Of a DNA stretch of 64,000 bases, positions 12,162 to 25,877 are shown piece after piece. This DNA is from Octopus vulgaris (lineage: Eukaryota). The stretch lies in assembly GCA_951406725.2 (NCBI GenBank), contig OX597814.1, forward strand, positions 201,252,001 to 201,316,000, given 5' to 3'. How positions within the stretch are numbered: the first letter of the stretch is position 1; each line of letters opens with the position of its first letter. The notes below the pieces were generated by a model that worked only from the letters and a program-made list of their open reading frames with translations, was not told where the DNA came from and searched no databases. The position numbers and the translations under genes were made by a program.

Positions 12162-14376
12162 CAGCCTCATCTGGCACCTGTGTCGGTGGCACATAAAGAC
12201 ACCATCCGAAGACCCGGCGACGTAGTCAGTCCACCTGTGCATACCTTCCCTCTTATGACACTTGTGAAGACCTGTTGAGGCAAGTGTGTGACACTTGTGA
12301 AGACCTGTTGAGGCAGAGGCAAGTGTGTGACACTTGTGGAGACCTGTTGAGGCAAGTGTGTGACCCTTGTGAAGACCTGTTGAGGCAAGTGAAAATCAAA
12401 TCAAACCAAATCAAAATAGATGAACATCAATGGAATTTGTATCTTTGTGGTTCCAGTACCGGTGGCACACAAGAAAACCATCCGAACGTGGCCGTAGCCA
12501 GTACCGCATCGACTGGCCTCCGTGCTGTGGGCACAACAAACACCATCTGATCATGGCCGTTCGCCAGCCTCATCTGGCACCTGTGTCGGTGGCACATAAA
12601 AACACCATCCGAAGACCCGGCGACGTAGTCAGTCCACCTGTGCATACCTTCCCTCTTATGACACTTGTGAAGACCTGTTGAGGCAAGTGTGTGACACTTG
12701 TGAAGACCTGTTGAGGCAGAGGCAAGTGTGTGACACTTTGTGAAGACCTGTTGAGGCAGAGGCAAGTGTGTGACACTTGTGGAGACCTGTTGAGGCAAGT
12801 GTGTGACACGTGTGACACTTGTGAAGACCTGTTGAGGCAAGTGAAAATCAAACCAAATCAAAATAGATGAACATCAATGGAATTTGTATCTTTGTGGTTC
12901 CAGTACCGGTGGCACACAAGAAAACCATCCGATCGTGGCCGTTCGCCAGCCTCATCTGGCACCTGTGTCGGTGGCACATAAAAACACCATCCGAAGACCC
13001 GGCCACGTAGTCAGTCCACCTGTGCATACCTTCCTACTTATGACACTTGTGAAGACCTGTTGAGGCAAGTGTGTGACACTTGTGTAGACCTGTTGAGGCA
13101 AGTGAAAATCAAAATCAAATCAAATCAAATCAAACCAAATCAAAATAGATGAACATCAATGGAATTTGTATCTTTGTGGTACCAGTACCGGTGGCACACA
13201 AGAAAACCATCCGAACGTGGCCGTAGCCAGTACCGCATCGACTGGCCTCTGTGATGTGGGCACATAACAAACACCATCCGATCGTGGCCGTCCGCCAGCC
13301 TCATCTGGCACCTGTGTCGGTGGCACATAAAAACACCAACCGAAGACCCGGCAAGACTAGTCAGGCCATAACCCATGGCCCCTACTTGGGACTTAGTCAG
13401 TCCACCTGTGCATACCTTCCTTCCTTCTTGTGACACTTGTGAAGACCTGTTGAGGCAAGTGAAAATCAAATCAAATCAAATCAAAATAGATGAACATCAA
13501 TGGAATTTGTATCTTGTGGTACCAGTGCCGGTGGCACACAAGACAACCATCCGAACGTGGCCGTAGCCAGTACCGCATCGACTGGCCTCCGTGCTGTGGG
13601 CACGCAACAAACACCATCCGATCGTGGCCGTTCGCCAGCCTCATCTGGCACCTGTGTCGGTGGCACATAAAAACACCATCCGAAGACCCGGCAAGACTAG
13701 TCAGGCCATAACCCGTGGCCCCTACCTGGGACGTAGTCAGTCCACCTGTGCATACCTTCCTTCTTGTGACACTTGTGAAGACCTGTTGAGGCAAGTGAAA
13801 ATCAAATCAAATCAAAACAAATCAAAATAGATGAACATCAATGGAATTTGTATGTTTGTGGTACCAGTGCCGGTGGCACACAAGAAAATCATCTGAACGT
13901 GGCCGTAGCCAGTACCGCATAGACTGGCCTCCGTGCTTTGGGGACGTAACAAACACCATCCGATCGTGGCCGTCCGCCAGCCTCATCTGGCACCTGTGTC
14001 GGTGGCACATAAAAACACCATCCGAGCGTGGCCGCCTGCCAGCCTCGTCTGGCACCTGTGTCGGTGGCACATAAAAACACCATCCGAGCGTGGCCGTCTG
14101 CCAGCCTCGTCTGGCACCTGTGTCGGTGGCACATAAAAACACCATCCGAGCGTGGCCGTTCGCCAGCCTCGTCTGGCACCTGTGTCGGTGGCACATAAAA
14201 TCACCCACTACACTCTCGGAGTGGTTGGCGTTAGGAAGGGCATCCAGCTGTAGAAACACTGCCAGATCTGACTGGCCTGGTGCAGCCTTCGGGCTCCCCA
14301 GACCCCAGTTGAACCGTCCAACCCATGCTAGCATGGAAAACGGATGCTAAATGAAATGATGATGATGATGATGATG
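12162..14376 (+). repeat. Hierarchical tandem array built from RTE-LINE 3' UTR, ending in a (GAT)n tail
   Basis: About five 250-430-bp units with internal 31/37-bp and about 59-bp subrepeats; ends ...catggaaaacggatgctaaatg(atg)n. Confidence 0.8.
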
Positions 14377-15789
14377 AGGTTAGCATAAGATGAAAAAAAA
14401 TATTGTCAATCTTTACAAATTTAATACATTTCTTATGTCAGTTATAAAACCAGGAGAATGAAATCATGAGGCCTATTCCTATTATATTGATGTCCAATAA
14501 TTGTTAAAATTTGCTGTATTTAGAAAATATTTTGCATTAAAGATTATTTTGGGAAGCAGTCTATTTGAAATTGAAACAGCTGACAATAGCAGCTATGCAA
14601 ATTGCACTCCTGCTAACTATAAACTATTTCATTTTGCATCATATTTCCTCTGGGAATTTTCTATGTTGAACTGGTAAAATCTGTCTTTGATACAATAATA
14701 TAATGATATTTTTCCCCCATAAAGTTGTACCTTGTGTTCAAAGTTTCCATTTTAATGTATAATCTAAGGTTAATTCTAGGATAAAATATATTTTTATCAT
14801 TATGTCATTCTTCTAAAATTTTAAAAATATTCCTTTCTGCATAATTTTAATTTATCACAAAACTGATATTGCATAGCTCGAAAGTTTATTGTTGAAATAT
14901 TTCCATTGAATTTATTATTTCATGCGTATTTCTGCCATTGTTTATTACTTATTTTTTTAACTTTTTATTGTACCTATGATACAAACAACATTTTGTAATA
15001 TTGTAATGAATCAGTGAAAACAAAATTACAGAAATTACAATCCTATATAGAAAATATGAAAAGTATAAGAGATCATAAAATGAAGGTGTTTATACACAAG
15101 AGACTCAGCTTGCTGGGTAGTATAATGGAAATTTTTTATTTGGTAGAGAAAAGAATCAGAGAAAACATATTAAAAGAACAATTGTTTGCCAGCAATTTGG
15201 AAGCTAATGGCAAATATCTCTCTAATTACACTTTGTTACAAATGGACCAATGAAATATTAAGGCAATAAAATGCTTCCAGTTTATGATGGGTTTTATTTA
15301 AAAATATGATATTTGTGCATGCGACTTAAACCAGCAATAGAGAGTCTCTGTGCAGTCATTTAAACTACTAGAAATAGCAGCCAAATATACCTGAAGTTCT
15401 AGAATCACATGGCATAATGTAGTTCGAGATATACTAAGGCAAAAATGCTAGAATGGTTATGATCATAGGTCTACTCCATGAGGACCTTCTTAGGGTTAGC
15501 AGCAGCAGCAACAGCTGTTGTTGCTGCTGCTGCTGCTGCAACTACTGCTACTGTTACAACTACTGCTGCTGCTCCTACTACTACTGCTGCTGCTGCTACA
15601 TAACAATAGTGATTTTTCTCTCTAGTTCTTTGTTTTAACAAATCTGAATGAAAGGTAAACTAATGTCAACAAGATTTGAACTCAAAATGCAAAAGACTCT
15701 CACAGGTGCCACACTGGGTTCTCAAATTATGGAATGAATTTTAGGGCTTATAAATCTAAAATTCAATCCTAAAATTCACTCCATAATTG

Positions 15790-16055
15790 CCCACAGGCAT
15801 ATGGCGTAGTGGTTAAGAGCATGGGCTACTAACCCCCAGATTCCAAGTTCGATTTCAAGCAGTGACCTGAACAATAACAACAACAATAATAATAACAACA
15901 ACAACATTGAAAAATACCTTAGGAATGAGAACCCAGGTTTGAAATTTCCCCCAAAACACCTGAAAAAGGCTGAAGCGTATATCAACCGAAACGTGTTAAC
16001 AACAAACAAGATGAGGACAAATATCTATCAATTGTAAATAATGTAAATAATGTAT
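15790..16055 (+). mobile_element. SINE-H full copy (decayed HHR at 15955-15997)
   Basis: tggcgtagtggttaagagc...aagttcgattt head, (AAC/AAT)n, aaataccttaggaatgagaacccagg...aatgtaaataatgt tail. Confidence 0.8.
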
Positions 16056-16729
16056 AAGTAGTGGGGTTGATTCATTCAACTTGTACTTCTTCAAAGCTGT
16101 GCCCCAGCATGGCCACAGTCTAATGACTGAGACAAAGGGTGACATAAATAATGCAATGCATGTTTCTTCCAGTTCTTTAACAATCTCTTTTAGATTACTG
16201 CCATAAAATTGCCATTCAAGAAAGAAGGATTTCTTAGAAGCACTGAATCACATATTTTGAGGGAGGAGTAGATATGGAATCTATGAAATTGTCCCCAGAA
16301 TTTCATTTGTATTATTTGTTAGAAAGATCAAAAACAGAAGTCAACTTTAGACTGGGCTCAGCTCCCAACACGGAAGAATGTATGTAAATTCTGGGAAATG
16401 TTTTTTCCTGATGCTCTTCTAAGTAGTTCTAGCAATCCACCCACCATTTTTGCCAAACCATCATCAACACCACCACTACTGCTGCTGCTACCACTGCTAC
16501 TACTACAATGTTTGTATACATAAATGAATAAATAAATAAATAAATAATGATGACTTAATTTATTACTCAATAAAACTGGTATTTCATGAATAAAGATGCA
16601 TGTTTACATAACAAAACAGAACATGATAAAATCTTTTGTTATTTTAATTGAACCAAATGTTCAAATTATGAATTTTTATAAATAATTTGTATAGATTTTT
16701 TTTCTATGAAAGGATGTGGTGAAGAGTTA

Positions 16730-17450
16730 TCATCATCGTCGTTTAGCGTCTGCTTTCCATGCTAGCATGGGTTAGATGGTTTGACTGAGGGCTGGCAAGC
16801 CAGGAGGCTGCACCAGGCACCAGTCTGATTTGGCAAAGTTTCTACAGCTGGATGCCCTTCCTAACGCCAACCACTCTGAGAGTGTATTCGGCGCTTTTTA
16901 CATGCCACCGGTGCAGGAGCCAGTCAGGCAGCACTGGCAATGATAGTGCTCGAATGGTACTCTTTACATGCCACTGGCACAGGACCAGTCAGCTTGTACT
17001 GGCACCAACCATGCTCAAACGGTGCCTTTTACATGCCACCTGCACAAGTGCCAATCGAGCAGTGCTGTCATCGGCCACAACAGTAACTTCACTTGCCTCA
17101 ACAGGTCTTCGCAAGCGCAGTTTATTGCCCAAAGATTGAAGGGCACTCTTAAATGGACCAGTTATGCTGCACTGGCATAGACCACTGTTATGATCACACT
17201 TGGCTTGCTGGGTCTCCTCAAGCACAGCATATCTCCAAAGGTCTTGGTCACTTGTTATCACCTCAGTGAGGCCCAATGTTTGAAGGTCATGCTTCACCAC
17301 CTTATCTGAGGTCTCCCTGGGTCTACCTCTTCCACAGGTTCCTTCTACTGCTAGGGTGTGACACTTTTTCACACAGCTGTCCTCATCTGCACACAACACA
17401 TGACCATCCCAGTGCAGTCGTCTCTCTTGCACACCACATCTAATGCTTGG
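16730..17450 (-). mobile_element. 5'-truncated RTE-clade LINE (RT C-terminus + 3' UTR)
   Basis: ORF 16989-17432 ERRLHWDGHV...EGTCGRGRPRET...VKHDL...LWRYAV, typical of the RTE C-terminus. Confidence 0.8.
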
Positions 17451-17865
17451 ATTTCCTTAGTATCCTTACTTATGGATGGTGTTCCAACCCTGACTATTCC
17501 ATTACAAACAGCGAGGAATTCGTATTCGTAGCATGATTAAAGAATAACTTAACATATCAATACCTCAATATGATATTGTATTATGTGGGTGAATAAATTC
17601 AATCAATTATTGAAAAGATGGAATGAGGAGAGAAGAATTGAATGGATTTCTGATATATATCTAAGTTATAGTTTGATCATTAGAAGAACTAACTTGTAGT
17701 ATAATTGGTCAAACATGATGTAGTATGAAGCTTGTTTCCTGACTACATGGTTTCAGGTTCAGTTCCACTGCGTGGCACCTTGGGCAAGTCTCTTCTACTA
17801 TAGCCTTGGGCCAACCAAAGCTTTGCGAGTGGATTTGGTAGATAGAAACTGAAAGAAGTCCTTTG

Positions 17866-17897
<32 letters not shown>

Positions 17898-17919
17898 TAT
17901 GTATGATATATAATATATA

Positions 17920-17989
<70 letters not shown>

Positions 17990-17998
<9 letters not shown>

Positions 17999-18356
17999 TA
18001 AACATTAAGTCTTGCATATTAAGTTTAAAGGTTTAGGTAACAAGAATATATTCAATAAGATATTTCGTATTTTGTTTTAAGATTTATATTTTCTTATAAG
18101 ATAATATACATATATTTATTTCATTAATCTTGGACCTGACAAATGACAATATTTAAATTGAATTGATTTTATAGTTATCATTTCAAAAATATAGCCACGA
18201 AACATGTGTAGTCTATTTATTATTTATATACTATTTATTTATTATTTCGTACTTTATTTAGTTCTGGGTAAATGTTTTATCGTATCTTTAATTTTTTTCT
18301 ATTTGGCATGATTTAAGTATATCATTGTTGAATTGCTACATGGTGGTTCTTCTCTA

Positions 18357-18360
<4 letters not shown>
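17990..18360 (+). mobile_element. PLE 3' (pLTR) remnant with decayed HHR at 18131-18215, inside the (TA)n of a SINE-A
   Basis: TGGAC-CTGACAA-atgacaatattt...aaatatagccac-GAAAC-ATGT-GTA^GTCTA. Confidence 0.6.
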
Positions 18361-18404
<44 letters not shown>

Positions 18405-19553
18405 GTGTATATGTTGATGTATATGTTTGTGGTTGTCCCCCAACCATCGCTTGACAACCGATGTTGGAATGTTTACGTCCCCGTCACTTAGCGGTTCGGC
18501 AAAAGAGACCAATAGAATAAGTACTAGGCTTACTAGAATAAGTCCTGGGGTCGATTTGTCTGACTAAAGGCAGTGCTCCAGCATGGCTGCTGTCAAATGA
18601 CTGAAACAAGTAAAAGAATAAAAGAATGTGTGTGTGTGTTTGTCCCTCAACATCTCTTGACAACCGGCGTTGGTGTGTTTACATCCCAGTACCTTAGCAG
18701 TCTGGCAAAAGAAACTGATAGAATATATACCAGGCTTTTAAAAAATAAGTCCTGGGGTTGATTTCTTTGACTAAAGATTCAAGGTGGAGCTCCAGCATGG
18801 CCACTGTCTAATGAGTGAAACAAGTAAAAGATAAAAGACCATAAAACAAGAAACATCGTGAAGTGAGTCAGGGAAATAGGTTCAGATTGAGAGAAAGAAT
18901 AATAAACGAGTGAGGACGAATACTTGCAACCAAAGTGGTAGATATTGGGGAAAAATTATAAGACAAAAATTTAATATAAGATATCAGGAATGAACTGAAA
19001 TAACATGTCAGAAGAAGAAGCTAGAAGGGTAAATGGACTCTGAATCATTGTTAGAAAAGGAAAAGAAGTGTTGGCTGTGTGATAGTCATGGTGGTGTTAT
19101 GGTAGCTGCTGTTGTTTTTGCTGGTGAATAAAAATACATTTCTAAGGTTGCGTGAAGAAGTAACTAACAACACTTGTGAACAATTAGCAGAAGATTTAAT
19201 CACCGCACATAGTTTTTTTTTTTATGTGTTGGTCATTTAACAAATACTAAAAGTGACAATTATACACCAAGAGAGACATACTTCTAGGATAAATGACAAA
19301 TTAACTGCTATAACAATCTGTGCCTCATCCATCGCAATTGGAAAATAATTGTGCTATATTTGTGATAATGAAAATTCTGATTACCATCTGCCATCTGTCT
19401 TAATTGAGAGGAATTGAAGACGAGAATAGAGACAGCCACAGCTGCCTCAAGATTCTGTGATTACTGCCAAAAATTAACTTTATATATAGGGCACAAGGAG
19501 AAAGTTCTAGAAAATCAAATTACATGATGGTTTGGCAATGTATGGTTGCTTAA

Positions 19554-20502
19554 CCCTTTGCCTGCCATGAGCCCCATTTGGGGATCTGCTAAAAACAGTC
19601 TCTCTGCCGGTTGTTCGTTGTATTTGAATTAAATTGCTTATGTACATTGCATTTGCAGAGGTGTGTTTAATATCTTGTTGTTAAAACTTTGCCATTATTA
19701 GCTCTGGCTAATCCTAGAGGACATTTTATGTCATAAATCACAATGTTTGAACTACAAAAATATTGACTGTTTTGAAAACGTTTTTTTTTTTTACTGTTGT
19801 GTCTGGGGAGAGTCATTTTCTTTTAATACACGAACTCATATAAAGAATCTTGCAAACCAAATCCAAAAACGAAATATTTTATTTTACATTTCCCATCTAT
19901 ATCAATCATTGATATTTCATACGCATTCGCATTTGATACTACAGTTTCAAAAATATTAAAATATTTATTATTGAGATTGAATAGAAAAGGATAGATATGC
20001 GTTTTTCCAGTGACCCCCATTTGGGTCTTCTCAAAAAATTTATCATAATTTCCAAAATAATTCACATATGAAGAAAATTTAAATGCTGAAATCCCCTTCG
20101 GTCATGATACAGACCATGGGATTGCACCTAGAAAGTTACCCTCCCAGGCACAAGACCAAGCAAGGTTGTTTATGGAAGACCAGCAGTCACCCATGCATAT
20201 TAGCCTCCCCTCTCCATGCCACCAGTGTTATCCAAGGGAAAGGCAAAGGCTGATACAGCTTGGCACCTGTGATGTTACAACTCATTTCAACAGCTGAGTG
20301 AACTGAAGCAATGTGAAATAAAGTGTCTTGCTCAAGAATACAACACGGGATTTGAACTCACAACCTCACGATCATAAGTTTGATGCTCTAACCACTGAGC
20401 CATACGCCTTCACAGAAAATTTAAACACCATATATTATTTTAACTCCTAAAGACACCTGGCAAAGCCAAAAAATAGGAATAAAAAATTTGGCAGTTAATG
20501 GG
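19554..20502. mobile_element. piggyBac-type non-autonomous element
   Basis: TTAA-CCCTTTGCCTGCCA ... TGGCAGTTAATGGG-TTAA. Confidence 0.6.
20084..20413 (-). mobile_element. SINE family C with 12-bp TSD
   Basis: agaaaatttaaa at 20072-20083 and 20414-20425. Confidence 0.85.
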
Positions 20503-20639
20503 TTAATAGACCAATCATGTAAAACTACTGTGGTTTGATCATGATGTCTGCTGGGTTACTAAGCAATTCAGTTTTGAATCACCACTACAGAAATGAATGT
20601 GAGGTGAGTGAGATTTTATACATGGCAACTGAGTTGAAG

Positions 20640-21136
20640 CTTTTGTAGATATGTGTGAGTTTTAGTGACCGAGACCTTTGGTGATACGCTGTGCTTATGA
20701 GGACCAGTCAAGCCAAGTGAAATCGTAGTTGTGGCTGATGCTGGTGTTACGTAACTGGCACCCATGCTGATGGCGCGTCAAGCACTGGGCCTCAGAGAGG
20801 CACAGTGACTGAGTTCATTACAAGTGTTGGGCCTCACAGAGGCAAAATGGCTGAGTATCTTTTGAGTGTTGGACCTCATGGAAGCACTGATTAAGACGTG
20901 GGAAGAAAACCCATCAAGCTGAGCAAAATCACAGCTGTGGCAGATACCAGTGCTTGTAGCATGTAAAAGCACTCATTGCACTCTCAGAGTGGTTGGCATT
21001 AGGAAGGGCATCCAGCAGTACAAAACCATGCTGAGTCAGACTGGAGTCTCGTGCAACCTTCCAGCATGCCAGCCCAGTCAAACTGTCCAACCCTTGCCAG
21101 CATGGACAACTGACATTAAATGATGATGATGATGAT
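20640..21136 (+). mobile_element. RTE LINE 3' fragment
   Basis: agtgaccgagacctttggtgatacgctgtgc...aggaagggcatccagc...(gat)n. Confidence 0.65.
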
Positions 21137-21529
21137 GTATATATAAATTAAAATATGGTCTTGAAACAGCATTAGATGAAAAAGCTAGTGTGCAAAACAT
21201 TTATAATAGGGGTAGGGAAGACAAACAGAAAAAAGTAGGAACAAAAAAAGCCACGAAGAAGTCTAACTTCTTGTGAGATTGTCACCCCTACCCTGGGCTA
21301 GTTTTTGAGTAAGATAGCCAATGAGAACACATGTGCTGTATATTTGGTGTTCACTTGCTTCATACAAATTGGCAGATCGTTAGTAAGGAGAGACACAAAA
21401 TTGAAAGAAGAGAGCAAAGGACCACTGATGAGGTCAGGGAATTGTGATGAAAGAACTCTGGCCAAAATACAATTAATATAAAATTAAGCTGGAGCAAGTA
21501 AACACCAAATGTACAGTGCATGTTTTTAT

Positions 21530-21738
21530 TACTCTTTTACTTGTTTCAGTCATTTGACTGTGGCCAGGCTGGAGCACCGCCTTTAGTCGAGCAAATCGAC
21601 CGCAGGACTTATTCTTTGTAAGCCTAATATTTATTTTATCAGTTTCTTTTGGCGAACCGCTAAGTTACGGGGACGTAAACACACTGGCTTCGGTTGTCAA
21701 GTGATGTTAGGGGGACAAACACAGACACACAAACTCAT

Positions 21739-21799
<61 letters not shown>

Positions 21800-21963
21800 T
21801 ATGACGGGCTTCTTTCAGTTTCTGTCTACCAAATCCACTCACAAGGCTTTGGTCGGCTCGAGGCTATAGTAGAAGACAACTTGCCCAAGGTGCCACACAG
21901 TGGGACTGAACCGGGAACCATGTCGTTGGTAAGGAAGCTACTTACCACACAGTCACTCCTGCA
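21530..21963 (-). mobile_element. SINE family A
   Basis: Full head-to-tail match to family A. Confidence 0.85.
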
Positions 21964-22546
21964 CTTAAATGGTACCAGTTTAGCCTATTGGCTAAACTGG
22001 CAACATGGCCATCACCAAATACAACAATATATATATGATATATATAATAAAACTTAACAATTTGATAAAAGTACCAGTTTGAAAGATATAGTTGGGTCAA
22101 TATATATATGACTAACATTCTTTCCAAGTTCTGACTTAGCATGGCTGCAACCCAACGGTTGGAGATGGCTAAAAAATGAAAGAAATCAATTCAAGGAAAA
22201 AAAATAAATTGCTGACAATCAATAGAATTATGGGTAAACATGAATTCTGTGTTGACTTGGCAAAATAGAATTGATGATAATAGCATGAATGGAAGTATAT
22301 TTTGACGCTGTTTACGCATGGAGTGAAGGCTATTGAAGTATGGCCATTGATGTCTGGCTTGTTAACTTTATTGAGTGTCATGTGAGATTCAATTTAATAA
22401 TCGCTACTATTACTGCAGAATAGCTGTTGTTGTTGTTGCTGTTTAGATTCAGATTGGCTCTGATTGTGCAAAAGGCATTCCAGCCATGACCAACCTGCCT
22501 GGTCTTAGAAAAAAAAACACTGTCCAATGTGTTTTTACAAATGTAA

Positions 22547-22949
22547 GAAGGTAGGTGGCAGAAACGTTAGCATGCTGGGCGAAATGCTTAGCAGTATTTA
22601 GTCTGCCGCTATGTTCTGAGTTCAAATTCCGCCGAGGTCGACTTTCGGGGTCGATAAATTAAGTACCAGTTACGCACTGGGGTCGATGTAATCAACTTAA
22701 TCCCTTTGTCTGTCCTTGTTTGTCCCTTCTGTGTGTAGCCCCTTGTGGGTAGTAAAAAAATGGGTATTTCGTCTGCTGCTATGTTCTGAGTTCAAATTCT
22801 GCTGAGGTCGACTTTGCTTGTCATCCTCTCAGGGTCGATAAATTAAATACCAGTTATGCACTGGGATCGATATAATCGACTTAATCCATCTGTCTGTCCT
22901 TGTTTGTCTCCTCTGTGTTTAGCCCCTTGTGGGTAGTAAACAAATAGGT
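22547..22949 (+). mobile_element. SINE family B tandem dimer
   Basis: Second unit restarts at ggtatttcgtc. Confidence 0.8.
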
Positions 22950-23131
22950 TAATTTGAGGAACATTTGAACTGAGACCTAACTGACAAAACCTGTTAATTT
23001 GATCCTTGTTCTATAACTAGAGAAACCCCTTCAGTAACAACAGGGTTTAATTTCAAGTGAAACTAAGCTTAATGGAAATATAGATGTAGCTCTCTCGATG
23101 TATATTCATGTGTAAAGGCACGTGGCTTAGT

Positions 23132-23785
23132 GATTAGGGTATTCAGCTCACAATCGTAAGGTCATGAGTTCAATTCCTGGTGACACATTGCATCCTTGAG
23201 CAAGACGCTTTATTTCACATTGCTCCAGTCCACTCAGCTGGTGAAAGTGAGTAGTACCTGTATTTCAAAAGGGCCAGCCTTGTCACACTGTGTGCCATGC
23301 TGAATCTCCATGAGAACTATGTTAAGGGTACACGTGTTTGTTAATATCATGAGCAGACAGTTCTGTTTGTCAGATCAACTGGAACCCTCGTCATCGTAAC
23401 CAATGGAGTGCCAGTTAATATTCATGTAAACAACTTGAAATGAAGAAACCAAACATCCTCATCCTCATGATTTAACGTCTGTTTTCCATGCTAGCATGGG
23501 TTGGACAGTTCAACGACTCACGGTCATAGGATCGCGGTTTCGATTCCCAGACCGGGCGTTGTGAGTGTTTATTGAGCGAAAACATCTAAAGCTCCACGAA
23601 GCTATGGCTGCAGGTGGTGGCGATTCCTGCTGTACTTTTTCGCCGCAACTTTCTCTCCTTCTTCTCTTGGCCTGCTTGCTTAGCCAGCGGGGTGGCGTCA
23701 TTTGAAGGCTAAAACAATGCGAAGCGCATTGTGACCAGCGATGTGTAGCAACATCTGATAGCCTGGTCGGTCATGTGATCATGTG
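23132..23785 (+). mobile_element. tRNA-derived SINEs (family D 23132-23415; family E-like 23510-23785)
   Basis: aaggcacgtggcttagtgattagggtattc...gagttcaattcc; gtttcgattcccagaccgggcgttgtgagtgtttattgagcgaaaac. Confidence 0.7.
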
Positions 23786-25877
23786 ATATATATACACACA
23801 CATACACGCACATATGAATGCTACTCCTTCATCAGAAAAATATCAAAAAATGAGATAAAAGTGTTGGGAAAATAAAAATTGTGAAAAGAAGAAAGAGAAA
23901 ACAAAATGGGGGCTTCTTTTGGTGTCCATCTACCAAGTCCACTCCCAAACCTTTGGTCAGCTCAAGGATCTAATTGAAGCCCCTGCCCAAGGTGTCACAA
24001 GGTGGGACTGAACTTGAACCCATGCTGGTTGGGAAGTAAGCTTCTGAACCACACAGTCTAGCTTACACACACACACACACACACACACCCATATGTTTGT
24101 GTGTATGTAATAATATGTGTGTATATATAGAATATATGTATGTGTATGTGTGTATATATATTCACATGCACACATGTATGCATATATATACATGTGTGTG
24201 TGTGTGTGTGTGTGTCCCTTTCACACACAAAGCACTAACATTCTGATTGTTTTGCTTGTTCTTTGTGGCATCAACCCTTTGATAGTTTCATATTTTTTAT
24301 GTATTTTTGATGTATTTTTTGTCTGTATATTTACATGTAGGTCTGTGTTTGTATACATCACATGTATATACAAGCCTATGTCCACATAATTATACGTGCA
24401 TATATGTACAAGTGTGCACATATATGTGTGTGTACATATGAGTATGCGGCATACATTTGTGTATATGTTTGTGTGTATGTAATAATATTGAAATTTCCAC
24501 AGCCGCAAAACCTAGCGTTTTTTGTCAACCTCCATTTGCATATTACTAATGCTGTATGTTTCTGTCTGCGTCAGAATTTTATCCAGCCTCTGGGGCTTAC
24601 AACATCTGAGATGCACTGAAACAGTTAATTCTCTATTATGATGAAATGTTGAATGTATTCGTCCCAAGAGAAAGAATTTAATACAAATTCCAGCTTCTTT
24701 TCTTTGATTATTTTCAAAGCTGCTTGGACTTCCATAGTTATTAATGTATCGCTATTTAATGGAACATAAAGCACTTCTACATGAACTTCTGTCATACAAT
24801 TACGACCTATAGATTTGTCTCGTCCTAAACAAGACTTTGAATTTCAACTGATGGTGAAGCTCCAGCCTGGGCGTTCAGGAGTTTGGGGAAGTACGAGGTT
24901 ATTCCATAATCAGTACTACTCCCATATTCATTCTGATTTGGGGTGGGGATTTCTGTCAAAGGGCCCCAGTTATGAGTCAATTAGCAGATGTTCTTGTGGT
25001 TCGTATCCAGAAAATTCACCATGAGAAATTTACTGCAGAGGAAAATTTGCTGTATGGACACTGATAAAATGTTTTGCATCAGCAATTTTTTTACTTAAAA
25101 AGTATAAAAAGTTTTATAAAGTTATTAAATATAGGCAAGTTTTTATTCTATGTCAGACATAAAAAAATGTGATGAAGTCATTTAAAATGAAATTTCTTAC
25201 GATAAATTTTCCCATGGCAAAAGTGTTTGTTGTGAAATTTTTTGTACCTCCTGTGGCAAATCATCATTATCATCATCGTTTAACATCCGCTTTCCATGCT
25301 AGCATGGGTTGGACGATTTGACTGAGGTCTGGCAAGTCAGATGGCTGCATCAGGCTCCAATCTGATCTGGCAGAGTTTCTACAGCTGGATGCCCTTCCTT
25401 ACGCCAACCACGCCGAGTGTGTAGTTGGTGCTTTTACATGCCATGGGCACGAGGGCCAGTCAGGCAGTACTAGCAACAGCCACGCTCAAATTGTGCTTTT
25501 TATGTGCCACCTGCATAGGAGCCAGTCCAGAGATACAAAAATCTGATGAAGGTTGACCCCTGGATATGCATCACACAGGCCTACCAGTATGTGGACATAT
25601 CCTGATGTCTTGTTGATCAGTCTCCCTAATTAGGGGTTAAACAGGTCCTGGACCTCAAGGATGAAAGCAAGAATGGAGGAGACAACCAGATCAAACACTG
25701 AACAGACTGGCAGAAGGCAACAGAAACAAAAAAACTATAACTGCATCTCGTTCCCAAGAAAAACCATCAAAGTATAGGAACAGGCATGGCTGTGTGGTAA
25801 GGGGTTTGCCATGGTTGAAAACCATTGATTTCGATTATCATGAGAAATCTATATATATCTGAAATGATATATATATA

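Noticed and set aside
16323-16379. 57-bp candidate micro-exon (ttgttag...gtatgt)
   Set aside because: Splice-like signals alone are common in AT-rich DNA, and the peptide is not recognisable; RNA-seq would be needed.
24625-24840. About 70-codon open frame on the minus strand
   Set aside because: No recognisable motif or strong splice sites.
25540-25560. CTGATGA motif
   Set aside because: No stem II/GAAA partner; it lies in a probable old RTE fragment.
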